This document shows, piece after piece, positions 1 to 13,591 of a DNA stretch of 64,000 nt. Made by a program: the position numbers and the translations under genes. The stretch lies in contig OX597838.1 in the NCBI GenBank assembly GCA_951406725.2, positions 6,944,001 to 7,008,000 on the forward strand, in the 5' to 3' direction. Position 1 is the stretch's first letter. Every line of letters begins with the position of its first letter. This DNA is from Octopus vulgaris (lineage: Eukaryota). The notes beneath the pieces are model-generated. The model saw nothing but the letters and a program-made list of their open reading frames with translations, had not been told where the DNA came from and did not search any database.

Positions 1-199
1 AAACAAACAAAAACCCACATACAAAAACCAAGAAACCAATAATACTAGACACATCCAATTAGTTATTATACAAATGTAGCTATAAAAATTATAAAATTAT
101 GAAATTTATAAAATGTATACTTTAGAATTATAGAAGACCACAGGTATATTTAGTTAAAGAAGGGAATTAAAAAATTGATAATAGTGGAAGTGCTAAGTA

Positions 200-560
200 C
201 TATTTGAATCTAGAAAAGGTGAACGGTAGCCTATGAATACAAAAGAAGCTTTTCTCATTAATGTTATTAATAATTTGCCGACCCGCTTTAATAATGAAGA
301 AAATTTCATTAATACATAGAGAGCATTTTTTATTTTTTCCATTATACACAGGTGCTGAAGTTAGTATTTTCCAGTTTAATCTAAAATCTAAGTTCTTACT
401 TTTAAGTTCCCAAATATATGCACTTAGCCCTGTAGAGTACATTCTATTTTTATTCCTAAAAGTATATCTATGATAATTCCATCTTTGTTTTATGCTATTC
501 ATAGTTGCCCCGATATACACTCTACTACTCAATTGTGTATCTACAGTACCCATGAAATAA
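200..560 (-). mobile_element. Penelope-like retroelement, GIY-YIG endonuclease C-terminal domain (5'-truncated, no RT)
   Basis: ORF 200..598 reads RVYIGAT..IKQRWNYH...STGLSAYIWELK...WKIL...CSLCINE, matching the YIG...R..H...LS..W..K...CxLC..E pattern of Penelope-like GIY-YIG domains. Confidence 0.85.
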
Positions 561-636
561 TTATCTGAATTATTAACATACTGATATTTAAAATACATTT
601 ATATCTTAATTAAATATTTTATAGAATGCATGGATG

Positions 637-683
<47 letters not shown>

Positions 684-1048
684 TTATTGAGGCTCAGTTA
701 TAATTTTGAAGGACTTAGTGTTAGCATGGTTGCTTCCCTATTTGTTTATCTAAGTGTTAGTTGTTGCTTATGATTATGTATATGTACAAGTGTATGTATA
801 TACATATAACTATGTGTGTATGTGCGATTGATCTGTAGATGCGTGTGTGAATATTGGCGTTCCCTGACTAACCAACCGTATAATTTTCTTTTGTGATTTA
901 AATTTCAAACCAATAGCCAATCGAATTAATCTAAATTTTCTTTACCTAGTGGTCAGCATTTCTTATCTCATAGTTATTTCGATCTTGGAAGGATGGACTT
1001 GGTGATAACTTAACTGTATCTATTTTTATTATTTTTTATTATTATTAC

Positions 1049-1091
<43 letters not shown>

Positions 1092-1430
1092 AGTAATTTT
1101 TATTAACTTTTATAGCTTTAGAACTTTATGAACTGTACCACGGATTTAATTATTACTATTTTTCATCTCCATATGTGTTAGCCCCTTTTTTTTATAAAAA
1201 ACTATTAGCTAAATATGTATGATATCGGTACTTATTAATATTATATATACACTGTTATATATTTTGTTTTATTTTGTTCTGGTTACCTTCCTTTTTGTAC
1301 AAATATGTATTATATTATACAAGTGTAGCATTATGATGTATAAGTTTTTATATTTTACTTTTTTATATTTTTATATTTATATGTATATGATTATATAATA
1401 TTTTTCACTATTATAACAAATTTAATTTAA

Positions 1431-1545
1431 TTCTCTGAAGAGGCCGTGGGGCATCTTTGTTAATGCCTCATTTATACCTGCCTTTATGGCTTATAGGTTA
1501 AATGAGGTATGACTGTCCTCACTGCCGAAACAGCTGTCAGTTTTA
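1431..1545 (+). ncRNA. Type I hammerhead ribozyme motif with extended stem II (Penelope pLTR-type)
   Basis: Core CTGAAGA at 1435-1441. Stem II 1442-1453 pairs with 1514-1526, with an internal hairpin (gcctcattta/taaatgaggt). GAAA at 1527-1530, stem III AC-AGCT-GT with a palindromic loop, GTC triplet at 1536-1538. Stem I is short (ct/ag). Confidence 0.7.
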
Positions 1546-1923
1546 ATTTATTTGCATATTGTATTTGTAATTTTTTACTTATATCTCTTTATCTTTTTAC
1601 TTTTACTTTTACTTTTACTATTACTGTATATCTCATTTCATTTGATATATTGCCTTTACTCCTATGTAATGTTGTATTAAAGTATGGATTGAGTATCATC
1701 GGATAGTTGATGCTTTATTGATTTAAGTATGTTTCTCCATTCTCTAATTTTGTAGTATTAATTTACGGTAATATTATTACCCTTACCCATTTAATACAAT
1801 AGATGAACTGATTGCTTGACAATTTCTAACATCTATGTATTAATTTTTGTTGGGTACCTATCTAGCAGTATATTGGATATATATTATCCCATGGTGGGTT
1901 GAATTTTCAACCCCTATCTCATT

Positions 1924-1954
<31 letters not shown>

Positions 1955-2293
1955 GAATCTCGCAGAAGCTCACACAAACTTTGCATACGGACACATATAC
2001 TTACATAAACACGTTAGCCGAGATTTATTTGAGAGATTTCCCAGAAACCACGTTGTCTTGCATTCCAAAAGATACGTAGGCGTTGATAAAACTAAATGAT
2101 AGATAGTCACAATGGAAAAGATTTTATCATAGGCCAACTCTGCTATAAATATACGACTAAATTGGAAGTCTCAAATCCTACACTTTTCTTTTTTTACAGT
2201 AAGGTCACTGAAAGAAAACTAATATCCATGCTAAATATGTTATCTCAAAAGGAACCTTTTCCCGCTACTGTCAGTATTTGTAACAATATACAT

Positions 2294-2343
<50 letters not shown>

Positions 2344-2412
2344 ATTTAGGAATGGTCATTTTGCCAGTTTAGCCAATAAAAAATCTTGCACAACAAATAT
2401 TTAAACGTATAT

Positions 2413-2507
<95 letters not shown>

Positions 2508-2908
2508 TGTATGTATGGGTGTATGTGTAAGTATGAAGAAACAATTTACTTTATTATTCAAATACGTATGAGGTCCATTGTGGGATTGTACAATCGTTGT
2601 TTCTATCTGGGTTTTCTTCTCGTACGTTGACTTTTTCTGGAACATAATTACTATTGTTTAAGCCACCACACAATAAAATTCACATTATCTGAAACCCGAA
2701 ATAGATCACTTTCCGTATGTTTTTGTCTCTGTCCGTCTTTGCTGTTTTCTTTCTTTCTTTCCTTATTTATTTATTTATATATTTATTGCTTTCTTCCTGT
2801 CTCTCTTTCTCTCTCTTTTCTGCGCTCTGAATCTACGTTTTTATACCCACAACCGCTCGTTATATTTACCATTTATTTTTGTGTTATCTTCATCCACGTA
2901 AAAGTACA

Positions 2909-3000
2909 TACAGAGGTTGGACAAGATAATGGAAGCATCTTAAAATTTCAAACAAATTTACTTTAATACGGGGTACGACCGCCTTTGGCAGTAACGTACA
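2909..3000. mobile_element. Tc1-like DNA transposon end fragment
   Basis: TA followed by CAGAGGTTGGACAAGATAATGGAA, a Tc1-type terminus. No partner TIR was found. Confidence 0.45.
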
Positions 3001-3173
3001 AAATTTGAATTGTGAGGATCTTAACTGAGCTTCCTAAAGTTTGAATTTTCATATGATTATCAATTCCCGCATTTTCAGCAAATCTTCTCATCCATGTACC
3101 AGCACCCCTCACGGACTACCGATCGATCTACTGACTCTACTTTCAAGGATTTAACTGGATTTTTTTCGTCCAT

Positions 3174-3266
3174 ATGTATATATATATATGTATGTATGCA
3201 TATATACATATATTTATATACATGCGTATATATATTTATTTATATATATATATATTTATATATATG

Positions 3267-3297
<31 letters not shown>

Positions 3298-3656
3298 TGT
3301 ATATATATATATATATATGTATGTATATATATATATATATAATATATATATGTATATATATATATGTATGTATATATATGTATATATATATATGTATATA
3401 TATATATGTATGTATGCATATATATGTATGTATATATATATGTATGTATATATATATATATGTATGTATATATATATATGTATGTATATATATATATGTA
3501 TGTATATATATATATGTATGTATATATATATGTATGTATATATATATGTATGTATATATATATGTATGTATATATATGTATATGTATGTATATATATATA
3601 TGTATGTATATATATATATATGTATGTATATATATATGTATGTATATATATATATG

Positions 3657-3715
<59 letters not shown>

Positions 3716-3900
3716 GTATATATATATATGTATATATATATGTATATATATGTATATATATATATGTATATATATATATAAGTTTATATATATATATGTA
3801 TATATATATATAAGTTTATATATATATGTATGTATATATATATATGTATGTATATATGTATGTGTGTATGTATGTATATGTACTTATATATATATATAAG
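3174..3900. repeat. (TA)n/(TATG)n compound microsatellite
   Basis: Direct reading. Source of the spurious YI/MYV ORFs. Confidence 0.95.
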
Positions 3901-4205
3901 CATACATACTTATGTATATACATAAATATTCACCTACATACGTATATATATGCATATACACAGAGAGAGAGGGGGGAATAGGTGGGGAAAGTGTGAGAGA
4001 CAATCTGAGAAAGACACAGAGAGAGCGAGACGCAGTGTAATATAATTTGAATTTCAGTAAATGATAATGACAAACTACATTTGATCTTTTGAGAAATGTG
4101 TTTCTAATGCTGCCATTTCTGTTAATGAAACTAATTTTTGCCGCTTTAGCGTATATCGAAAAACTACATTCCGTCTGCATTTCATTCTTTGTATGTACAA
4201 ACCAA

Positions 4206-4245
<40 letters not shown>

Positions 4246-4333
4246 AATATGTTTGCACAAATATCGATATTCATTTATGGACGCCTTGTCAAGCATCTAA
4301 TTTTACATCAAGAAATAGCTAATTAATATGGCG

Positions 4334-4560
4334 CTATGAATGTAGATAATTATCTGAGTGTCGTATGCGAGAACAGTCTGGCAGGTCCATTAGAAATAAG
4401 AAAATATTAATATCTTGCTTTACTTCAGATGGTATCTTGAAGAACAAGCTACGTTCAGTGTTGGAGAAAATATTAGGAAAAGAATATAGGTTTAAAACTT
4501 TGCATATCACTAGTTCCATTGTATGCGAATCCTGGATCTTTGCTATAAATCATGTGATTT
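4334..4560 (-). pseudogene. Degenerate class C GPCR / ANF-receptor Venus-flytrap-like coding fragment
   Basis: KIT*FIA...VICKVLNLYSFPNIFSNTERSLFFKIPSEVKQDINIFLFL...HSDNY resembles the VFT consensus VA.LL.LF.IPQI...LSDK.R..FFRTIPSD..Q...S.D.YG. In-frame stops flank it. Confidence 0.35.
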
Positions 4561-4704
4561 TGTAAGTTTAGATAAGTATAGAAGAGATAAAGATTATTGG
4601 TTATTCAGAACTATATACGTACAAACCAATTCTGAATGTGTGTGTATGTATGTATGTATGTATATATATATGTCCAAAAACCGAGACATATATATGTGTG
4701 TGCG

Positions 4705-4759
<55 letters not shown>

Positions 4760-4808
4760 GTATATATATGTATATATATATATATATACATATATATACA
4801 TATGTGTA

Positions 4809-4839
<31 letters not shown>

Positions 4840-5496
4840 GTACATATCACTAATTACTTGACAGGCTGGAAGTAGCAAGCATTATGTTTCAGTTTTTGGT
4901 CATAATTATAAATATCACTCATCATTGGTTTGTGAAATTTATAATTAGCCCTCTCCTATGTCTAATTATTTTGCATCATAACCAGACACTGGGGATCTCA
5001 GAGGATTAATATATATTTACATATTGAGATCATTGCTCACAATATACGAGAGTGAGGATATTCAGTGAAGTCTTGTTTAAAATTGAAAATGTCTGCGCTG
5101 ATTGTGAAAAAGGGACATTGTACCAGATCACTGTTTCTATTAAAGATTTGTAGGCACGTAGTATTGTGTTATATAACCTTTTATATATACCATAACGTAT
5201 AATAAATGTTTTTTTATAAATCAACACCGCATTCTTCTGCGTTAGTAGTGCACTTTTACATTATTTTGTTAAGGTTATTTCTTCATATTTTGTGGTGGCG
5301 AAAGCGTAAATCAAGCTTGGACAGGAGACACAAAAAATACATACCCATAGAGACACACTCTCTCACTCTCACATATATGTATATGCTTATATGTGTGCGT
5401 TTTCTGTGTGTGTGTGTGTTGTTTTAAATAAAATGAGGCAACAAAGCCAAGGGTTTGTGGAATTTATAGGACATGTATAATTTATAGGACATTTCT

Positions 5497-5648
5497 ATAG
5501 AAATTATTGCCAGCACTAATTTTTAATACAAACCATTCTCACTTCCAAACACATTGTTTATATAGCCACCGCATACAGCGGTGTTAAGTTATTGGATATA
5601 GCAATTTACATATTAAACGAAAAACTTAGTGCTGGCTATAATTTCTAT
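5497..5648. mobile_element. MITE-like inverted repeat
   Basis: atagaaattattgccagcactaa (5497-5519) pairs with ttagtgctggctataatttctat (5626-5648), one mismatch. Small internal hairpin caccgc/gcggtg. Confidence 0.6.
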
Positions 5649-5860
5649 CGAATATTGTAAAAAGCCCTGCTAACGCAGTAGAACGAGGTAGTGACTTATA
5701 GAACTATTTACTAAATCATATACCATATTATGGTTGTATAACGATATACCACGTACGTATAAATCATTAATATCTACGTACGAGTTCAAGGAATGTATTT
5801 AATATGTAAATTGGTAAATTCTATGTATCTCTTTATCTTCCACATACAAACGCACACACA

Positions 5861-5904
<44 letters not shown>

Positions 5905-6078
5905 CTCTCACTGTATTTCATTCTCACCAAGAACTTTTTGTGCTCCTCTTTTACTAAAAATACATCACAGCGTATATTTTGATTTCTCCTCTTATTTTCC
6001 CTCGTCTAATAAATGTAGCATACAAACAAACTGAAATCTGTTTGTCTCCGATAAATAAGATCCGTACGCTGAGGAAAG

Positions 6079-6350
6079 TGTCATCCCAATAGTTGTAGGG
6101 ACACTGGGAGCCCTAACAACCAGGTTGAAGGATACTTTGGAGAAATTCGGATTGACACGAGGGTAGTAAATGCTAAAACAAAATCTGCTCTATTGGAGAC
6201 AACGAGGACTTTGAGATTGGTACCTGGGGGTTAAGTATCGTGGAAAGAGACCCTGGACACCAGTGAGAAACTGGACACCAGATTGCTGTCCTCTCTCGTA
6301 TTTTAGCGGAGCAACGAAAACCAAGATCTCTGAGAAGTTGAGTGAAAATA
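6079..6350 (+). mobile_element. R4/Dong-clade non-LTR retrotransposon 3' fragment
   Basis: VIPIVVGTLGAL...LKDTLEKFG, then (frameshifted) KSALLETTRTLRLV, the C-terminal motifs of the restriction-like endonuclease. Followed by a 3' UTR ending in TAA-like repeats. Confidence 0.75.
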
Positions 6351-6689
6351 TTAATGATAATACTGATAATATATACGACAGCTGAGTGTTATGAATAATT
6401 TTATTTTTGTCCATCTTATTTGTTTATTCTTAAACAATTGTTTGACGTCAGAATATTAGAAATTATCAATTAAAACGAATTTCTGAGAAAAATCAACCAC
6501 CATCAAAACAGCAATCGTCTGGAAAGAGACAAGTATTGAAAAAAAATGAATAAATAAATAAATATTATTAAACGATGACTTATCTCTTATTATGTTAGTG
6601 AATTTTTAATTAGCGAATTTGTTAATTACACATATCGACCAAAATGTTCATTATTAGTCGCTTCACCGTTAGTACGACGTGATTGCTAA

Positions 6690-6731
6690 TGCTACTACTG
6701 CTGTTGTTGCTGTTACTACTACCTTACTACA

Positions 6732-6763
<32 letters not shown>

Positions 6764-6877
6764 CACTACTAATACTACTACTATGACGACGGCGGCGTCT
6801 ACAACTACTGCTACCGTTGCTGTTTCTTCTATCTCTGTACCTACTTATACTGATACTGCTGCTGCCACCACCATCAT

Positions 6878-6950
<73 letters not shown>

Positions 6951-7100
6951 ACTACTACTACGACTAATAATAATAATAATAATAATCATACATATACAAC
7001 TACAAACACCACCACTACAGCTGATAGTTTAACCGTTGCTGTGTCTAATATCTCTACATCTACTACTATTACTACTGCTACTACTACTACTACTACAGAT
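6690..7100. repeat. (CTA)n/(CTG)n/(TAA)n trinucleotide microsatellite
   Basis: Direct reading. Confidence 0.9.
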
Positions 7101-7842
7101 ACCATTGTTCGTGCTGTTTTATATACAACGACCTCATTCGTTTAAATGATCATATGTTATTTGTCATAAGAACGAAATTAACAAATATCGCAGCAGAAAC
7201 CAAAATAAACAAAGATAAAGAAAAAAAACATTAAGAGCCAACATAAATACGACCGAAAATAACAGACAAAATGGCGGATAATTTGTTAGCGTAAAGTCGA
7301 GTTGTGTGTAACATTGGTGGAATATTGATGCCAATCAAGGAGTTTTCTGTTGTATATTTTCCATAAGATATAACGATTAATTCGCAGTTGGACCCTGCTT
7401 ACAGTCTTAACGAAGCCAAGTCGTTTTTTTTTTCTTTATTTCCCGCCGATATTCGAATCAATAACACGTGAACACTTAACTGTCACATAGAGGAATATGA
7501 AAGTGAAAGTAGAAATAACAAGTGATGTTTACATTGGGTTGGTTGTGTGATCAATAAATAGCTGGATTCTAAGCGCGCGAAGTACGTTAATGTGTTGACC
7601 GGCCGTTCTCTAAGATGGGTGATGGGTGGAGTGTGACGTGGTGGGTAGTGCAGTGTTTTTCTATTGAATTCTATGGGATGATGTTGGGATGCATGCCTTA
7701 ACGCTAGAGGAATTCAAGTCATTGAATCGATAAAAGCAACAATGGTTATAATACAGGCAAATAATATCAGGGAATTCGATGGTGGTGATGATGGTGATGC
7801 TGCTGCTGCTGCTGATGATGATGATGAAAACGACGACGATGT

Positions 7843-7873
<31 letters not shown>

Positions 7874-8229
7874 AATGATGATGATGGTGATTATGATGAT
7901 GATGGCGGTGGTGATGATCGTCATCATCAATATGATGGTGGTGATCAACTCATAACTCTGGCACACGCTAACAAATAACTAATCAATTTGGATAGGCTAT
8001 TGAATCGATCTCAACATATTTTTATTGACCCAGGATGGGTGCATAAATATAAAACATATAAAATAAAACTCAAGAGGAACCATTCGGTTATAACTTCCGA
8101 ATGCAGCGGAAAATAAGAAAAGCCGAGATAGCTTATACTAGAAGCGTTTATATACTGTTTGTTATATTCCGCAACTACGCTATAATAATAATGATAATAA
8201 TAATATTAATAATAATAATGATGATGATG

Positions 8230-8654
8230 ATATTGTGCTCAATATCACAGATTTACTTCTCAGTTGTTTGACCATAACTAGTTGATCGTGTCCCTTAACG
8301 GCTGACGATATGTGCAGCTCAGATCATGAGCAGAAATAGTGGCGGGGGGAATTATAGCCATGTGTTGAGAGGAATTCTTTGCGGTTTCTCTAATTCACCT
8401 CTGGAAACATGGGTGATTCGTTCAACATCCTTAAGGTATTTTTGAAAGAGATGGGGTACTCGACCTAAAGAAAATGCTATCTCGGCCCCACGTGAAAGAT
8501 GTTTCTGTTGATATGAGATTAGCTTGTCGTGCACATTTGTTTGTGATGCATGTGCCTGGTCCTTTGTTATCAGACGGGTAGTCATGATTGGAATAACAGG
8601 CTTCGCATATTGTACCCCAGTGTCACTTTGATGGCATGCAATGCTTTCTCACTC
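8230..8654. mobile_element. Unclassified interspersed repeat embedded in (TAA)n, possibly the 5' end of a non-LTR element on the minus strand
   Basis: GC-richer block flanked by TAA tracts, with a short minus ORF (8352-8585). It resembles a recurrent octopus repeat from memory only. Confidence 0.35.
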
Positions 8655-8707
<53 letters not shown>

Positions 8708-8730
8708 TAATAACAACAACAATAACAAAA

Positions 8731-8769
<39 letters not shown>

Positions 8770-8835
8770 GTAGTAACAATAACAATAATAATAATAATAA
8801 TAACAATCATAATAATAATAATAACAACAACAATA

Positions 8836-8894
<59 letters not shown>

Positions 8895-8895
8895 T
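8655..8895. repeat. (TAA)n microsatellite
   Basis: Direct reading. Confidence 0.95.
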
Positions 8896-9479
8896 GACCC
8901 TGTTTAACATGAACAGATTTTAATATTTCGATATAATATTAGGTAATGTATAAGGAAGTGGATACACACACTTAAGCGAATCGAATAAAAACAAACGACA
9001 AAGACAAGTCATTATTGATCACAAAAGCATTAAACAAATATATACACCCAACGGAAAAAATAGGGGTGGATATTAGTTTTTTGTCTTTGTTTCTTTATCT
9101 CGTTTGACTACATTTATTTGTTTATAATTATAGTAGCAGTGCTCTATGAAATAAAACCCGGAGACCAGTACTAAAACGCAAGTAGGAATCACAATTAGCC
9201 AAAACTCAGAGGAAACATTAACAATGACAAATCGGAAAAAATGAAAATGATAATATCAGCGATGACAGTAATAATAATGAAAGGAAACGGTTGGAATCTC
9301 CTCATATCTTGAGTGATGATACATCTAGTGATGGTGTCACAATAAAAAGACACTGGTAATTGCGCAGCCTGATAATTGCCGCCTCATTTGACTGACAATG
9401 AAAGAACAAAGTATTGTGAATAAGGGTGGTAATGAAACCGATGGCATTGATGGGTGACAGTGTTGCACCAGGCAGGCTC

Positions 9480-9955
9480 AGAGATACTTGTTCGAGCCCA
9501 GCCTGTCGTTACCCAGCAATGGACCAGCACACACGGCGTAGATACAATAAACATGTCAATGCTGTGGTCACGGAGTGTTGCTCCCTAAGCAACCCTCTAG
9601 ACGAAAATCGTGTTCATATTAGGAGATACCAACAACGTATGTATGATCGATGGGGAGAAAGATGATTGTTTCAACTCACGGAACAGAGATTATGTGATCA
9701 AGCTAGAGTAAAAATGAGAAAAGAAAACGTAGGTTCACAGAAGTAGATCTCGGAGCTGTCGAAAGACGGGTATTGGAAAACAGCAGAGAAAGGAAACGAT
9801 GAAATTACAGTTCTTATGGATAAAAATAATCTCATAGCAGAAAAGAGAAGTGAAATCTTTAATAAACCACAGGAAAGGAACAGTGATAACTTACTGGATG
9901 CGAGCCATATACATGGTTTTGAAGGAGACAATAGAAGTAATGGTGACATGAGAGA
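9480..9955 (+). mobile_element. R4/Dong-clade non-LTR retrotransposon N-terminal ORF fragment (decayed)
   Basis: NAVVTECCSLSNP...YQQRMYDRWGER*LFQLTEQRLCDQAR...FTEVDL matches the R4/Dong N-terminal pattern MECYY.S.P...YRKRM...W..R....SEQRL.DQ.R. Confidence 0.7.
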
Positions 9956-9995
9956 TGGGCATAAAGCAATCTACGACAGCATATATATATATATC

Positions 9996-10111
9996 ACGTG
10001 AACACGTGACCGACCAGGCTATCAGATGTTGCTACACATCGCTGGTCACAATGCGTTCTTCGCATTGTTTTAGCCTTCGAATGACGCCACCCCGCTGGCT
10101 AAGCGAGCAGG

Positions 10112-10115
<4 letters not shown>
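9996..10115 (-). mobile_element. SINE family A, 3' tail only
   Basis: Reverse complement of 27903-28026. Confidence 0.85.
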
Positions 10116-10169
<54 letters not shown>

Positions 10170-10408
10170 GTTTTTATTATTATTTTGCTATTTACTTAAT
10201 CATCGCTATATTACTGTTATTTTTATTTTTAATATTTCTATTATATGTAATTTTGTAGATGGTGTAATTTAATTCCTCATTTTGAATTGATAAAATGTGT
10301 TTTTTTCTAATTTTTATATATATATATATTATATTTTGTGAAATTTGATTTTGTATTTCTAAATTGAATTTTTCCCTGTAAGTTAGGAATAATAATCCCT
10401 CAAATAAT

Positions 10409-10492
<84 letters not shown>

Positions 10493-10500
10493 ATTCATAC

Positions 10501-10540
<40 letters not shown>

Positions 10541-10849
10541 GTATGTATAAGTACGTATGCTTGTATTGTGTATTACTGTGTACATATTATTAAGTGGATG
10601 TATGTGTGCGATTGGTTTCGATGGTTTCAGAAAGACCCATTTCTGGGATTCACTAAATAAATATCGAACACTCTGTAATTGCCTCGGTGTTGTTCGATCC
10701 GTATCGAGGAGGATATTTGCAGGAATATTGAGAGTCGTGATTTTGATGGTTGCCGTGAAGGTGGTGGTGAGGGCGGTCGTCGTATTGGCGATAGTATTTG
10801 CTCTGGTCATAATGATGTTGCTGTTGATGTTTGCTGATAATGACAGCGA

Positions 10850-11250
10850 TGGTGGTGGTAGTGGTGGTGATGGTGGTGGTGGTGGTGGTGGTGGTGGTGG
10901 TGGTTGTGGTGGTGATGGTGGCGGCGGTGATAGTGATGGGGATAATGGCGACGATGATGAATGGTGATAATGGTGGTGTTGGTGGTAAAGATCGCAGAGC
11001 TGTTGGTAATGTTGGTGGGTGGTGGTGGTGCTGGTGGGTGGTGGTGGTGGTGGTGGTGGTGATGGTGGTGGTGATGGTGGTGTGGTGGTGGTGATGGTGA
11101 TGGTGTTAGTGTGTTGGTGGTGGTGGTGGTGTTGGTGGTGGTGGTGGTGGTGGTGGTGGTGGTGGTGGTGGTGGTGGTGGTGGTGGTGGTGGTGGTGGTA
11201 GTGGTGGTGGTTGTAGTTGTGGTGGTGATGGTGATGTTCGTCGTTGTGTG
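10850..11250. repeat. (GGT)n microsatellite
   Basis: Direct reading. Confidence 0.9.
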
Positions 11251-11774
11251 GTGGTTTCCCAAACGCCCCCATTATGCGAAAATGTAGGAGGAACAGCCGC
11301 AATCACGCTGTGCATTTCTGATGGTGTAGGGGCTGGAGGAAAGAGACTGTGTTGGGGCTTGCACTAATTATGGATCGGTGGTGAGGGTAGTCGCGGCGAC
11401 GGTGGTGGCGGCGGTGCTCCTGATGCCGATATTGGTTGCAGGGACATTTGTGGTGATGCTGCAGTTGTCTATGAGTCTGCTTATGATGTGGTGATGCTGT
11501 GGATGTCAAATATGGTAGAGGATCGCTTCATACGTTGCTCTGTTGTAGTGACCATTTGTAGTGTTGCTGATGTTGTTGCTGCTGCTGCTGCCGATGCTGC
11601 TGCTGATGCTATTGACGAAGACGATGCTCATGATGTCTGTGTATCCGCCTGTAATTGATAAACAACTTCTCGATGAGAAATCGAATATTCCGGTCAATCG
11701 TATGAAGTCCAAATTACAAAACCGATCGAATTTCCCCTCTTGATTAGTTCACATCGAAATCACTCAACGCCACC

Positions 11775-12430
11775 AATTCTTCTTCTTCTTCATCATCATC
11801 TTTTTCTTCCTCTTCTACTTCTTCTTCTTCTTTTTCTCCTCTTCTCCTTCTTCTACTTCTCCTCCTCCTCCTCTTCTTCTTCTTCTCCTTCTTCTACTCT
11901 CCTCTTTCTTCTTCTTCTTTTCATTTTTCTTCTTCTTCTTCTTCTTCTTCTTCTTCTTCTTTTTCTTCCTCTCCTCCTTCTTCCTCTTCTCTTCTTCTTC
12001 TTTCATCAAATGCTCCTCCTCTCACTTCAACTTTTAATATTCCGTTATTCATTCATTCTCTTTCTTCTTTGTCTCCAAATTGTTAATATTACCCTTATCC
12101 TCCCCTGCTATTTTCCTTCATCATCGTCTTCTTTCATCAAATCATTCTTCTTCTCCTTCTTCTTCTCCTTCTTCTCCTTCTTCTGCTTCGTCTTCTTCTT
12201 CTTCTCCTCCTTCTTCTACTTCTCCTCCTCCTCCTTCTTCTTCTTCTCCTTCTTCTTCTTCTTCTTCTTCTTCTTCTGCTACGTCTCCTTCTTCTTCTTC
12301 TTCTTCTTCTCCTTCTTCTTCTTCTTCTTCTGCTACGTCTTCTTCTTCTTCTTCTGCTACGTCTTCTTCTTCTTCTTCTTCTTCTTCTTCTTCTTCTTCT
12401 TCTTCTTCTTCTTCTTCTTCTTCTTCTTCT
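11775..12430. repeat. (CTT)n/(CCT)n microsatellite
   Basis: Direct reading. Confidence 0.9.
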
Positions 12431-12851
12431 CGTTCTTGCTCGGTTCCTCTTTCTACTTTACACATCTCCTTTCTTCTCATGTTCTTCTCCATTTTCTTCC
12501 ATTCTTCCATCTCACGCTCTGCCCCCACCCCTCGTAGCTACGTTACTCCACTGCATGTCTTATCGTATCAGATACTTTACATGGCAAGTATATAAATGGG
12601 TTCATAAAGAAAGAAAGAGAGAAAGATAGAGAATGGAATAGAGCACGAAAGAAAGACAGAAAGAACGGAAGAGAGCGAGGTCAAGCTGGTTAAGGCAAAA
12701 CGAAGCAGTCAAAAACCGAAAAGAAAGAAACAGTATAAAGAAGAAAATGAAGGAGGAAATAAAAAAGGACGGAGAAAAGAAGAGGCGGATGTGGGATGGG
12801 TAATAGGGAGAGGCAGAAAAAGGGCTCAAATCAACAGTACCCGGTTATTCT

Positions 12852-12900
<49 letters not shown>

Positions 12901-13019
12901 CATATACATATATATATATACATATACATATATATATGTATATATATACATACATATATATGCATACATATATATATATATATATATATACACATGTATA
13001 TATATACATTTATATATAT

Positions 13020-13054
<35 letters not shown>

Positions 13055-13056
13055 CA

Positions 13057-13089
<33 letters not shown>

Positions 13090-13591
13090 GTATACATACA
13101 TGTATATATATATGCATGCATAGAGAAAGAGGGGGTAAGGGAAACAAAAAAAGGAAGTTGAATATGCATATGGGATAAGCAGATACATAGATACATACAT
13201 ACATAAATACATACATATATGCATCCATACACACATGGGTAGATACACCCTGATAAAGAGGAAACAGATGCATGCTTCTACGTGTACATGCACAGGCTAC
13301 AGAATCTCACACACCCTTATAGACACCCACAAACGCAAACCCTCGCACGTATTAATTTACACACACATTTTGCGCAAACAAGGGAAGAGAGAAAGGAGAT
13401 GAAAAAGAAGGTGAGAGTGAGAAAGATTTTGAAGAAATTACGTGTTTGGCGCTGAATCAAGGAAATTATTTAATGGCGGAAATAAGATTATTAAAGACAA
13501 TCATTTAATAACATGTTTTATGGTGATGGTGTGAGAGATATGTTAGAAAGGCATGGCTACACTCTCGAATAAAAGAACAGTATTCGTTTAC

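Noticed and set aside
640-682. Poly(T) run as a processed pseudogene tail
   Set aside because: No recognisable retrocopy or TSD is adjacent.
3174-3899. Long YI/IY ORFs here and throughout the ORF track
   Set aside because: They are translations of (TA)n, (TATG)n and (CATA)n microsatellites that lack stops by composition.
10400-12595. His/Pro/Ser/Glu-rich ORFs of 130-300 aa
   Set aside because: They are trinucleotide repeats open in several frames on both strands, with no domain or splice evidence.
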